Shown one piece after another: positions 39,379 to 52,860 of a stretch of 64,000 bases of DNA. The position numbers and the translations under genes are program-made. Source of the DNA: Rhizophagus irregularis. Lineage: Eukaryota. The DNA lies in the NCBI RefSeq assembly GCF_026210795.1, contig NC_089431.1, forward strand, positions 3,286,001 through 3,350,000. Reading direction: 5' to 3'. Every line of letters starts with the position of its first letter. Position 1 is the stretch's first letter. Below the pieces are notes generated by a model. That model searched no databases and was not told the origin of the DNA. It worked only from the letters and a program-made list of their open reading frames with translations.

Positions 39379-41490
39379 ATGTTATTCAAAAAAGAAATAT
39401 TCAAAAACGTATTTTTACCTTTGAAGAATTTTCAATTCCGTCCGTACGTTTTTTCTTCATATCGCTATTGTCCAAAACTTAAAAGTCCATTTCTTAAAAA
39501 TAAAAAACAAAAATTTTATTCTACATTACATAATGATACTATTTATGCGTTATCAACTGCGCAAGGAAAAGCAGGAATTGCAATTATACGCGTTTCTGGA
39601 CCTAATGCTTCACAGGTTGTACAGTTTTTAGCTTGCTACGATAATTCATAATTTAACATTCCAGAATTAAATTTAAGGCCGCTATAAAAATGACTTCTAA
39701 ACAACTTATTCCTCGTAAAGTCACAAGAAAAAAGATTTCTCATCCCAAAACCGGTGAAATTATTGATCACGGTTTAATTTTATGGTTTCCAGGTGAATTT
39801 TTATTAAATCTTACGCGTTCGAATTATATATAGAATTATAATTTATTTTATATCTAGGGCCGAATAGTTATACCGGAGAGGACACGGTTGAATTTCATAT
39901 ACATGGTGGCACATCTGTTGTGAGAGGTATATTAGATGCATTAGGTTGTATAGAAAATTTCAGACATGCAGAAGCTGGCGAATTCACGCGTAGGTGCGAA
40001 AATAGTTGATTTATCGTTTTTCTCAATCTCATTTGATTGATACAAATGAATACCTAAAAAAAAGAGCCTTTTATAATGATAAATATGACTTGACGGAAAT
40101 TGAGGGTCTTGCTGATTTATTAAACGCAGAAACTGAGGCTCAGAGAAGACAGGCACTGCGACAAGCTCAGGTATGAAACATACTGTATGTACGCAATAAT
40201 AATCTTGCGTCTAGCGGTCAATTTCCTGTTATATTAATTCTAAAGGGCGGGTTGAAAATTTTATATGAAAATTGGAGAAAACAATTGATCGAAAATACGG
40301 CATTCCTGGAAGCTATTATAGATTTTGGTGAAGACGAAAATATCGAAGATGGAGTTTTGGAACGAGGTAAAATTGTAAATTAAAATTGAAAAAAAAAATT
40401 TCTCATGATTGTTAATATTTGTAGTGACGGAAAATATAAGAATTTTGAAAAGTAAGATTTCTGAGCATTTAAATGATAATCGTCGTGGGGAAATTTTGCG
40501 AGATGGTATACACGTGACAATTTTGGGTCCTCCGAATGCTGGCAAAAGCAGTTTCTTGAACTACTTAGCCCAAAGAAGAGCAGCTATTGTATCACCAATT
40601 CCCGGAACTACGCGTGATATTATTGAAATTTCTTTAAATTTTGGAGGTTATCCAATTATAATTAGTGATACTGCGGGTCTAAGACCCTCAAATGATGTTA
40701 TTGAAATTGAAGGAATTTCAAGGGCAAAGGATCGGTAAATGAAAATAAAGATATTATTACTATTATTGAAACAAGGAAGATAAAAGGCAAATTAACAATC
40801 TTTATTGCATATTAATTTATTGTAGAATAAAGACGGCCGATATCAAAATACTTATTCTTTCCAGCTTAGAAATAATGAATTCTATAAAATGCGACAATAA
40901 TTATTTCTATGATATAAGTTCAATAATTAGAGATACTGTAGATGTTGATACATATCTTGTTCTAAATAAATGCGACCTGATAGAACACAAGCCAGATCTA
41001 TCAAAATTAAAAGAAATATCTCTAAAGTATATATCTACAAATTATATTTGGTGCCTGTCATGTCTCACAGGGGAAGGATTCGATGAGTTCCAAAAGTCAT
41101 TTATAAATTCTCTTAAAAAGAAGTAAGGATAAAATTTCTAATTTGTGCCAAGCAAATTTCATGTTGTACAATTCTAACTAAATTAAATAAATAGATATGA
41201 TTCATCCACTTCTCAAGTCGCTTTAATCACTCAAGCTCGACACCGCGAACACTTGAGAGATTGTCTAAAGGCGCTGGAAAACTTTCTTGGTATTTTCATC
41301 AATTATATGCTTCATCTATTAAATTCTTAATACTGATGTTATTTATTTTATATGTATAGTACTCAATGATATAGTATTAGCCGCTGAAGAATTAAGATTC
41401 GCAACTCATGCACTGGGAAAAATTACTGGTCGAGTTGACGTTGAGGAGATATTAGGAGTTATATTTCAACAATTTTGTATCGGGAAATAA
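39379..41490 (+). CDS. MSS1: Mitochondrial tRNA modification GTPase MnmE/Mss1/GTPBP3
   Basis: [73 protein letters not shown]; terminal FCIGK*. The N-terminus is basic and presequence-like. Confidence 0.95.
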
Positions 41491-41518
41491 TAAAATTGAG
41501 ATCATTTAAAGGATGATA

Positions 41519-42383
41519 TTATTCTAAAATTTCTGATTCTCTTTCCCTTTCAGCGGCTTCTCTCTCTGTTGCTAATTTTTCTATTTTTTCGATTTCCTCT
41601 TTTGTACAAAGTATTTCTACTTGTCTTGTCGCTAAAGCAGTGTTGTGGTTAACTTTTTCTAATTCCCATAATGATTTATCGAGTTCTCTCTGTGATTTTC
41701 GAACACTTTCATTTAATTTTAATTCCGCCTCTCTCAATCTTTGTCCTTCCGCTCTGATTTGCGCCAACTTTATCAATTTAATCGAATTAATAAAGTATAT
41801 AAAAAATTATTAATTATAGAATGAATCAAAATACCTTTTCCTCAAGTACTGGTGCGTAAGCAGGAATTTGCACAAGTTTTGGAGGATGTGAAAAAATATT
41901 TGGTGGAGGACGGTGAGATGTGGGAGGAAATGGTGGTCCAGAATATGGACGTTGATATGGTTGATGTTGCATAGAATTTCCTCTTGTATAATTATTATAG
42001 CTAGGAGGTCCATAATCTCGATTGGGTGGTGGCCTAGGATATGGGTTATATGAATGTCCACCACGATAAGAAGGTCTTCTGTCATAAGGTTGAAGGGGAG
42101 GTATTGGTGGTCTCCCATATGGTTTTGGATCTCTCGCATTTCCACCATATGGAACCTGTCCCCTAAACATGGGTTGTGATTCTTCTTCTCGTTCATCGTA
42201 TCTACCCGGAAGCATTTGTGGTTCTCTCATCGGATAATCTGAATGACCACGAGAAGACATGTAGTGAGAACTTGAACCATAATCCCTTTCCGAAGGATAA
42301 GAATTAATGCGGTGAGGTGTTTGATCTCTTGGACGGTTATAGTTTGGTGGACTATTTCTACGTTGATCATTAGTTCTATCCAT
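41519..42383 (-). CDS. Pro/Arg/Gly/Tyr-rich low-complexity protein with C-terminal coiled coil (2 exons)
   Basis: ORF 41826-42383 is spliced (AAG/gtattt..ataaag/TTG) to the coiled-coil ORF ending at 41519. Confidence 0.7.
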
Positions 42384-42677
42384 TATCCTTAAATTAAAAA
42401 TGAATGCGTTTTGAATTCAAACAAAAAAAAATAAAATAAAATAAAAATAAAATAAAAAGGAGAATTGAATTTTTTATTATTATTTTTTTTTTAAAAAAAA
42501 AAAAATGAAAACTGATCGACATTCACTTGTGGCCAATAGAGTAGAGAGTAAAAGCATAATCCCGTGACCTCAATTGCAGATCTTGATAGTAGTGTACGTC
42601 ATCATCGAAATTGTCGTACTGTAGTACGTACTGTACATGGACCAAAATAACTTATTTACATTATTACGAACATAAAT

Positions 42678-44244
42678 ATGGAAGATAAACTTTTCACGAA
42701 ACTCTCTCAAAATTTACTCGAAATTTTAAATGATGATGAATATTATGATATTACTATTGAAGTTGGTAATGGGCCTTATATAAAATTATTTCGTGCTCAT
42801 ATGGTTATCTTATATTATCGTTCTCCTTATTTGCGAAGAATTTTGTCAACAAATAAAAAGAAAAATGATGGAACTTTGGCACATATTAAGTTACCAAATA
42901 TTTTACCCGAAACTTTTCAGATAATCTTAAGGTATGGAAGAAAGAATTCAATTATAATCAATTAATATGATTTCTAAGTTTATAAATACTTTTATTTAGG
43001 TATATTTATAGTGGAGAAATTTCTTTGAAAGAATATGATACTTCAGATATCATTAAAATTTTAGTTGCTGCTAGTGAACTTAGTCTTCAAGAATTAGTCC
43101 TTTCTTTGCAATTATTTTTGATTGAAAATGAATCAAACTGGATGGAACTAAATTTTAACCTGATATATCAAACAGGTTTTGAAAATAGTTCTTTTTTGGA
43201 ACTTCAAAAATATTGTACTGATTTAATATCCAAAGAACCAGATAAGATATTCAAATCACCAAATTTCTCTTCAATTCCGGAAAAACTTTTGGTCTCACTT
43301 ATTCAAAGTGATAATCTTCGAATAGATGAAATTCACATATGGGAATATGTACTTAAATGGGGTCTTGCTCAAAATCCGGTACTTCCTTCTGAACTTACAA
43401 GCTTTTCAAAAGAGGATTTCAATGCTCTGAAGAATAGCTTGCACCAATGTGTTCCGTTTATCAGATTCTATAATTTAACTTCTGAAGAATTTTCAGACAA
43501 AGTATTACCTTATAAAAAAATTTTGCCAAAGGAATTATATAAAGATTTATTGAAATATTTCTTAAGTCCTAATAATCAATCAATTAAGGAATCGAAAAGA
43601 AGATTACAAAAAGAATCTCTTAAGATGAATATCGTAGAAGATTCCCTTGATAACATTAATTATGGTGGCGAAGAATCAAAATTTGATATTAAATCTCACC
43701 GGGCAACTGAGTTTGAAAAGAAAGAATCAACTAGGAAAGAGAAAGTCGAGAATAGCGCACCACATATAAATATTAATGCATTTAGTCAAACGCAATCGCA
43801 AGCATCTCAAATATCCACTGCTTTTGCACAACCCACATTTGGACAAAGCGGTTTTGGTTTTGGACAACCAATATTTGGTCAATCAGGGTTTGGATCATCT
43901 TCTTTTAGTAATATTACACTCAAAATTCCAAGTGGAGGTGGTTTTGCTCGTTTTGCAAGGTACTTTGAAAAGTTTATTTTAAATAATTAATTTTCATTAT
44001 TTAATTTCGCAAGATCTACTTAAATTGTATTGTTTATTTATTTTCAATTTTACGTTACGGCAGAAGCAGCAGCGGTTTTGGCAGTGCATCAATTACTTCA
44101 AAATCGGTGTATGATATTATATATATATTTTTTATTTATTTTTTTGTCTTTAACTCTGTTTATTAATATAATGTCTTTTTTTATTGAAGCGATAAACCAC
44201 CCAACACATCGTTAGATCCAACTTGGTTTCAAATTCGTAAATGA
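42678..44244 (+). CDS. BTB/POZ-BACK protein with FG-repeat C-terminal tail instead of TLDc (4 exons)
   Basis: BTB (FRAHMVILYYRSPYL..YIYSG) and BACK (IWEYVLKWGLAQNP), then FGQSGFGFGQPIFGQSGFG..GGGFARFAR. Spliced exons 44064-44108 and 44190-44244 end ..DKPPNTSLDPTWFQIRK*. Confidence 0.82.
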
Positions 44245-45063
44245 ATATCTTGGAGCTTTTTATAATTATATCTGTTATATTAAAAGGAATTGTAGTGATA
44301 TTAACAAGTAATTAATATATTAATAAAAAAAAAGAGAGAATTACCAAAAAAAAAAATCAAAATAATATTTCCATTAACCTTTCCCTTTCCAAATGTGACA
44401 GAAGTTATGCACGTTACAGAATTTATTATGTATTCACCGGGTAAATCTTGGTTTTAAAGAAATACGAAATTTGGCGGAATTCGTACAGTACATTAAATAT
44501 TTCGTTTATTCACGAATATAGTTTGAAGTTGTGAAGACATAATGACGAATGTTTTGCTCAACGAGTTAGCTAATTCAGATGAACCCTTTTACCTATTCAA
44601 TACAGCGGAGCGCAGTCCACTCGCATCCAGAAATAACAATGGGGACGAAAACTTATTTTGTTTATTGAATTTGCATATTATTGAAACCTTCATCAGTTAA
44701 AGTTGATCATCGGTTTTGTAATTAAAAATATGGCAATAATTTAATAATTTGTTACTAATATTACTTATATGCTTATTTTTTTTTTTATTATCATAAATCG
44801 CTATATAAATCTCTAAGAATAAGGATCTTATTGAAGACATCGATTAAGTATCTTGATCCAAAAAAGCGCTTTTTGCATTCAGTCATTTATGAATAGATTG
44901 ATTTGATGATAATGACGTAAAAAGTACATCAGATCTGTTGATAAGATCGACGAATCCATCTTTCTGTGAATTAAAGAATAAAATTTTACTCTTCTATTCC
45001 GTAGAAAAAAGATCTCTTTATAGTTCAAATAATTATCTTAGATTCAATTTTTTATTTAAGGAA

Positions 45064-45719
45064 ATGTCTTGGTTTCAAAAGACGGTTAATTTAAGATCAA
45101 AATCTCGAGGATGTCATTTAATTACTAGAGAAATTGAAAAACAAGTCCCTGAAATTGAAGAATATGAAATAGGGATGGCAAATATTTTTCGTAAGTCTAT
45201 TGTTAGTATTTATTTAATTTTGGTCAAAATTTTATAATAATTTATTTTTTTTTTCCTCACAATAAAAGTTCAGCATACTTCTGCTTCACTATGTCTCAAT
45301 GAAAATGCTGATCCTGATGTAAGAGTAGATATGGAAATGGCATTGAATAAAATAGTTCCAGAGAATTTACCTTATGTTCATACCGATGAAGGTCCTGATG
45401 ATATGGTAAATTTTGTACCACTCTCGTTACATGTTTTCTTTTGAAGTTTTTTTTGTTCGTTCATATGTGATGTAAATTATAGCCTGGTCATGTTAAATGT
45501 GCTCTTGTTGGCGCTTCTTTAAACATACCAATTACAAAAGGTAAATTGAATTTAGGAACATGGCAAGGGTAAGTCAAATACATTGATGTTTTTTTCTTGA
45601 TAAATTCTTTGAACTCCTTAACAATTCTTTTTTTTTTAAGCGTTTGGTTATGCGAACACAGAACACATTCTTCTGGAAGGAGAGTAGTTGTTACCTTACA
45701 AGGTGAAAAAAGAGCTTAA
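45064..45719 (+). CDS. UPF0047/YjbQ family protein (4 exons)
   Basis: W.QKT..L..KSRGCHLIT; QHTSASL.LNENADPDVR.DM; HTDEGPDDMPGHVK; LNLGTWQG..LCEHR..RRVVVTLQG. Confidence 0.93.
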
Positions 45720-47599
45720 ACTTTCATTATAGAAAATCCTTATTATAGAATATCAAAAATTTAAAATTTTTTTTATGTAATTGTGAAGTTTGATAGTCTC
45801 CTTGAGGGATGAATGGTAGAATAAATAATATATGATTTAAAATTGGTTAGTTTGCTAATGGAAAATTAATTTTGTTCGTGATACCCATTTAACCTTGACC
45901 AAATAAAATGATAATTCTAAATACTTAGCATTCGATTATTACATTTGCACTTTGAGTTTTGTCTAGTAAGGATTTGAAAAAACTTGATCTCTTAAAAATG
46001 AAGTGATCGTTTTTATTTATTCATCCAGTATACAAAAGAAGAATTTTTACATGTTATTTTATTTTTTTGAAGAAACAAGAAATGTTTCGGAAATTGATTA
46101 TTCATTTTACATGTATCTTATTCTTATACAATAGAATGCTAAACTATTTCAAATGCTATATATATTTACATGTTGAATGCTATTTTGCTATGTGAATATA
46201 GATTGTTTAAATTTTTATTAAAAGTTGTTTGTATATTTTCTATTCTTATTTAAAGGACAATCACATTTTGAATCAAACACTTGCTTTTTTAAATAAAGTA
46301 TTATAAATGCCAATACTCTTAAATAAATGCATCACATAAAACTTTTTAACTTTATAAATAACTTTCAGATCAATTTTTAATAATATTAGTACTTTAATTT
46401 TCTTTAATTATTAAACTATTATAAATATTCTCTAATAAGATAAATTAAAATTCTACTTATTTCTAAATTTAATAAATAAATGATACTTTTTTTTATAATT
46501 AGTAATACATTTATACTTTTCGTCAAAATGACAAAATACTAATTAAATTTATTTTGACAGACGTAATGTATTTTGACAGACGTAATTAATTCATAGTAAT
46601 TTTATAATAAATAGTGAATTGGTCCGTTCGCCGAAATACGACGTAATTAATTAGCAGAGAAGTATAAATACATTCTCTTTATTTAATATCAAAAAATTGA
46701 TAATATACAAAAAATGAAAATAGCCAAAACACAATAAAAAAAAAGTATTTACATCATAACTAACTATTTTAGTTTAAAAGATTTAATTCGTAATCCACCA
46801 GTAAACCATAAAACTTGGCTATTAAATTCCGGTGAAAGTTATATATATTTACTAATAGCACGAAATCTACAGTTCCACCAATGCAAGGTACAAATTACTA
46901 AAATATTATATGAAAACTAATATTATAGGCATAAAAATATGCCATTTGGCTATCTTAATAATAAAAGACTGGTAAAAATTTTAAGCACCAAAAGACACTT
47001 TCATAAGAGCTGAAAATTTGAATTTGAAAAAAAGAAAAATTTAGTATTTTAAAATTTTAAAGATAACTCATCATCTAGTGGTTGTAGGAAAATAAAATTT
47101 AGTTCATCGAATTTGTCTCATCGAAACACATCTAATGGTAATAATTTTATGTCTCTATAACTAATGGAAGGCAAGTTATTCCATATTTTTTCTCCAGAAT
47201 CGCAGATTCTAAATTATTGATAAAAATATATATGAACTTATCACCACCTTTTAATAGTCAAATTTTATGCACAGGTCAAATGATGAAGAATCAGTAAATT
47301 GAGAGCCAGTTAAGAATCGGGACCAATCAGGTTTTTGATTCTTAACTGGCTCTTATTTTTTTTATCATTGAATAATCAGTATGCCGATACTTATATATAT
47401 TTTATCCTATTAAATATTGATAATTCTTAAATTACAATTAGTAAATAATTGACAACAAATTAGTATTCCGATTATTGGCAAATAAAATTCTGACCCGTTA
47501 TTAATCTACTAAAAAGCATCGGTAAATCATCAAATAATAATTGGTTATATGCGTAATATTTATTATTTTAATAAAATCAAATTTTACATATATTCTTAA

Positions 47600-48890
47600 A
47601 AATTTAAAGCTCTGATTTCTTTTTATGATACTTTAATAAAATAATCAAATATGCTACTACAAACAATTAACACTAGCTAGTAAATCTAAAATTATTAAAT
47701 TTTTCTAAATTGCTATTAGTGAACTAACGGGAATATACTTCCTAATATATTTGTAATATCACACTACAATTCAAAGAAAAATTTCCCTTCTCACATTTTT
47801 TCGAAGCATGCAAGTAAACCTATATGGTTGCAAGTATTAATTTCATCAACCGAATTTCACCTTTTTTGCAGCCATCAAAGCCAAATAAACGATTAAACTT
47901 GTCTATAAAATAAATAATAATTACAATAAACAATTTATTTTAGAAAAATATTAATAATAGAATATAACAAAATAAAATTACTTTCTAGTTTTTGTGTCAT
48001 TCTTCGTGCTAAATGCTCTAACAGTAACTACTTTAAAAAAAAATCTACAAATATCAAATTATAATCATCTAACTCCCATTTTGTTTGATTTCCAATTGCC
48101 TGACTTTTTAACATAATCTTAACATAATTTTTAACAAATCTAAACAAAGAAATATCTTCTTAATAAAAAAATTTTTTTAAAACAATATCCGAAGTATAAC
48201 AACCAATCACCAATTTAAATCAAATTTACTTCATTCCACGATCAATAGCTCTACTTAAATTACCAGTTTGATGAGATTAAATTGATGAAATAATAAAATA
48301 CAAAAAATTGATATGATAACAATGAAATAAATCTAAATAACAATTAATTACAATAAAGAAGTTTTAGCAATAAGAATTTTTTCGGCAATGAGTCTTTGAT
48401 TGTCTGAAAAAAAATTTCTTTTATCTCTATTTAATTACGATCTATTTAATTTAAGTAATTACAACTAATCTAAATTGTCTTGAGAAACCCTCAAATTCTT
48501 GAATAAATGTTATTCTATTTCAATAATATATACGTGACTACGTGAGCATATCTGAAAGAGATAAGCAAGCCATATTAACATAAGCAGAAATTATACTCAA
48601 GTTATTAATAGCTCAAACAAGAACATATTAACATCTCTGAATTGACATACAATTCTACCAAACTCTATATCATCACTTATTAGTAATCTACGTAAAAAGT
48701 TCTTTTTAGCAAAACTATTTTCTTAAATCCATTCAGTTTTGCCTTATCCTGATAATTTAGAAGAAACATGAGTAATATTCTGTCATAATTTTCTATAAAT
48801 TTCTCTTATTGTATCAGTATTTAACTGGTTTGTTGCATGAACATCTAATGAAAATTAATCTAAAATATGATGATGCATTCCAGTTTCCTT
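47600..48890 (-). pseudogene. Fragments of an RNF213-like AAA+ ATPase gene inside the CACTA element
   Basis: Walker A-like SG*GKTEWI (48735-48752), DVNMFLFELL and Walker B-like DEINTCNHIGLLA (about 47810-47847), with many stops and deletions. Confidence 0.6.
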
Positions 48891-49119
48891 CATTAAAGAA
48901 TACTTAGCGAAATAATTAAAAAATATTTCAAAAAAATAAAAATTCATAAAAAAAAATTTAAATCAGATTTGGTAAGTCTGAAATTAATTGTAATTAATAT
49001 GCATATCGTATCAGCAATTGGTGGTGTTAAAAAAAAAATTTTCAATTATCCAGATTCAAAGTACCAAACCTTACGCCATAACACATAATTTTGCTGAAAA
49101 ATATAGAATTTTATAAAAT

Positions 49120-52100
49120 TTAATATATCTTCCTATTAATTGGTATTACCGATATATATTTTTTTTTGCCTACTGTAAAAGAACCTTCAATAAATCGACC
49201 TAATATACTGTGCACCGGAATAATACAATCTCTACTATGTTCGAAAAATTCTTTTTTCCATAGTTCAATATTGCAAGATTCAATTTCATCATTAATTTTA
49301 CAGTGAAATCTAGTATTATGGTTATTTGCTAGACGATACCACCTAACAAATGCTAAAGCATGTTTCTTAGATCCTTCCAGTAAATGTAAAGTATGTTCAA
49401 AATAAAATTGAACAATTCTGGGATAAGTATCTTTAGTATTTCCATGGGTAAATTGTGATAAAATTTTAGCTGATGTGATGTGTCTTTTTGAATATGATGA
49501 TGCAAATACTTCTGAGCCAAGTCGTAATCGCCCATAAATATTTACCTTTGAAAGTACTGGTATAGCTTCTGGACTGGCAACATGGATATTTGCTAATGCT
49601 ACAAAATCTTTATTTTCATAGGCATTGTAATAATATTCAACCAACAGATCTAATATTTCTTTTGGTAGGTTTGTATTTATTCTTTTAGAATTAAGAAAAG
49701 TACCCAGAAAGGATTCAGAACCTGTTCCAGCCATTTTTTCCACATTTCTGGATATAGATAAAAATTTCTGGTAGTCTATTTCATCAAATTCATCTTGAAC
49801 TGCAAGACTACTACTAGTTTCTTTTAATGCTATTAAAGGTAAACAAGCCGATAAATGTTGGTGATCTTGGACGCACGAAGAAAATTGATCAAGAAGGGAG
49901 TTATAATGAATTGTTTTTAATAATTCTAGCTCAATTTTTCTGTTACTAGTATGATACGAACCTATATATATGAAATAATAAATAATTAATAAATATGAAA
50001 TATATAAATGTAATAAATTTATAAATTTAGTTAAATATAATTTTTTTTTTAATTTTAAAAAATCTGTTAAATATTTTATTTCGTTTTTATTATAGTTTTT
50101 AAAAGGTGAAAGTATTTAAAAGTAGACTGGTTTTTATTGTACTTACCCAGTAAACTATTCATTCTTTCATAACTAAAACACCAAAATGCATATAACAGTT
50201 CATAGTCTAAAGCGCAATGGCAAATATGCAAACATAAATGTAAATTTGGAGAAATTTTTTCTGGTCCGTAATTTTGCTTGATAAGTTTTACCATTGTTAA
50301 AAGCCGTTTGTGTGCCTCTTCTAATCCATTTATTGATATAGTTCTGCATACAAGTATATTATACACGCGAACAAAATTGGCAAGAATTGCTCAATCTGAT
50401 TTCCGAAGTAGATCCCAGGTAATTGTAGTTGCGTACACAAGGATAAAATTTTTCCACTGATTTGCAGTAAACCTTGAAAATCCTTCTCCTGTATCAATTC
50501 TATAGGGGATTCTGCCAATATCTTTTATTAACTTAGCCCTATTCTGCATTATTTTAAGGTCTTTTTGTGTTAATCATTCTTCTTCAATCCACAACCATAG
50601 TACAATCCATTTAGCGATACCCAAAAATAAGCAGTGCATGGGATCGATAATGAGAAATCTGACTGAATCAAAATAACTAAGCCGATACATTTCTGACCAA
50701 CGCACTGAAGTATTACATACGTGAAGACTTCTAGCATCTTTAGTTTTACATTCCAACCATTCCTGTGCATTTTTTTGAACTTGGTTGATATCTCTTTCAA
50801 CAAACCATTTATCAATATTATCGAATCCACCAAAATTTGGCTGATTTTGATCATTGAATTGTGTTTTTTTTAAACATCTATGTTCTATGACAGGCTACAC
50901 GTGCTGATATGTAACCACAGAGCTTTCTTGCAGCTGGAATATCACAAGAGCAGCATATTACTGCAGCTCGAATTGGCTTATTAGTGCTTTTATATATTCC
51001 TGATAGTTCAATCCCATTCCATAATTCTAGTAATTGATCAATTATTGGAGCCAAATAGTGATTTATATAGTGTAGGCTTGGTTCATTTGGTCCGGGAATC
51101 AAAGCTATTGTCAGAATGTTTGATGGTTTAAATTTTTCATTTCGTGAAAGGTTACATATTACACCATATATGGCTCCCACACTATAATTGGCATTATTGA
51201 ATGGCCGAAACCAATCAATATTTAACATAATACCCAAGTGTCTATCAGCCACTTCTTTCCGAAAGAAAGGTAAATTTTGGTCTTCATCCCAAAATATTTT
51301 CCAAACTCGTCCATCATAATTATCATTTAAATATTGAGGAACATTACACTGATCTGCCTATTTCCTGCATGAACTCTCAAATCCTTTTCGATTGTACATC
51401 AATTGTAATTGGTGTTTTAAACTGACAATTGGAAAAATTAAAGAAGGCTCTCCATTTATAGTGTGAACTGTCTTAGTAAGTTTCATCATACATTCATTTC
51501 TTTGATTTGCCATTGGATGATTTGGCAAGTCAATATATGTACAATGACTTTTAATAGGAACTTGAGTAGGTGTGGTAGTTGATACTTCTGCTATATTATA
51601 TAATTTACAACATTTTTCACATGCTGCATATTTTATTATATGAACACATACACCAAGTATTTTGCATGCCATATACAGTGATGTAGGAAAAGATTTATAT
51701 GTATTTGCGTCCAAAAGTACCAAAATATATCTAAAAAATTTAACTAAAGAATCGGTAGTGACGTTAGATAACTTATGCCTTTCTTGGTATAATAAAATCC
51801 ATAAGACAATCCAATTGAAGCTTTCATTAAAATCAACAATAGGTACTTCGATATCATCATATATATCATCTGTTTCTGGTGCATCAAACCCGCTAGATGA
51901 AGATTCATTTGGATTTTCTTCAGTAAAATTGAGTTCATCATCAACACTTTCACTATTATCACCATCGGCATCACCATCATCATCATAATCAGAAATATTC
52001 TGTTCGATGACAACTATTGGATATGTTATTCCACCACTACCAATATCCTTTTGTTTTCCTTTTGGTTTATCTTTCGGTAATTTCTTGGGAAGGAATGTGT

Positions 52101-52431
52101 AGGTTTTTCTTTGAGAAGGTTGATTAGATTCGATCATCATCTGATCATTATCATCAACTTCCATAGAATCCAGTCTATCTGGCAAATCTACTGATTCATC
52201 TAGACTTGGGTCATTGGTCGAATCTTGATTTAGGTCTGTATTTTCGATAATTCCTCTTGGTCTAATATTCTTTTTTAGTTCATGACTTTTTTTTGTACGC
52301 GAATCAACTAAAATTCCCTTACATTTATCGCAATTACAAGGAACTTTCCTTGTTTTACTTTTATTAGGGTGATTATTATTATTAGAAACCTTTACAAAAG
52401 ATTTTTTTATTTTTCGATATGTTCTTGGCAT
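49120..52431 (-). pseudogene. CACTA/EnSpm-type transposase with stops and frameshifts
   Basis: N-terminal CxCxxC; ACEKCCKLY; LNIDWFRPF..GAIY; CSCDIPAARKLCG; IDPMHCLFLGIAK; PNLHLCLHI..AFWCFSYERMN; C-terminal VQFYFEH..AFVRWY..IIPVHSI. Confidence 0.9.
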
Positions 52432-52860
52432 TGCAAAATTCTTATTTTATTTTTATATGATAATTTTTCAATTCTTTGAAATAATAAACGAAATATTATA
52501 TCCATTAATAAATATATTTTATTGAAATGTTGATTAAATTCTAAAAAAGGAAAATAAATTGTAGTCTAAATATAGTCTAATTTTGAATATATAAAGATGC
52601 ATCATGGATTTTAATTTGATTTTTTTTTTCTAATTCTTCGTTAGATGATTGATTTCTAAATTAATTATTGACCAAAGAAAAAAAAACATTGTAGAAAAAA
52701 AGTATAAAAAAGAATTTATTAATTTTTTCTTTTCTTTTTTTCCTAAATTATTTTCATTTTTGCTCTTTTGGTAAAAATGCGTAGGCGAAACCCGTTTAAG
52801 ATCAATAAAATTAGCCAACAACGTTTTTACACAAGTTCATATAATCGTCATTCATCAAGA

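Noticed and set aside
44380..44670. GC-richer intergenic patch resembling RNase MRP or a hammerhead ribozyme (ACAATGGGG, GACGAAA)
   Set aside because: There is no matching CR-I/P4 partner and no CTGATGA core.
44820..44950. Possible TPP riboswitch upstream of YjbQ (CTTGATCC and a weak long hairpin)
   Set aside because: The conserved CTGAGA and the TAAT-loop P5 elements are missing.
45569..45640. U12-type branch point TCCTTAAC in the last YjbQ intron
   Set aside because: The donor is GTAAGT (U2-type). I found no (G/A)TATCCTT donor in the introns I inspected, so no minor intron is called.
46513..46666. Possible Tc1/mariner-type MITE (TATACTTTTC..GAGAAGTATA with internal ACGTAAT repeats)
   Set aside because: The TIR match is too short and AT-rich to support a call.
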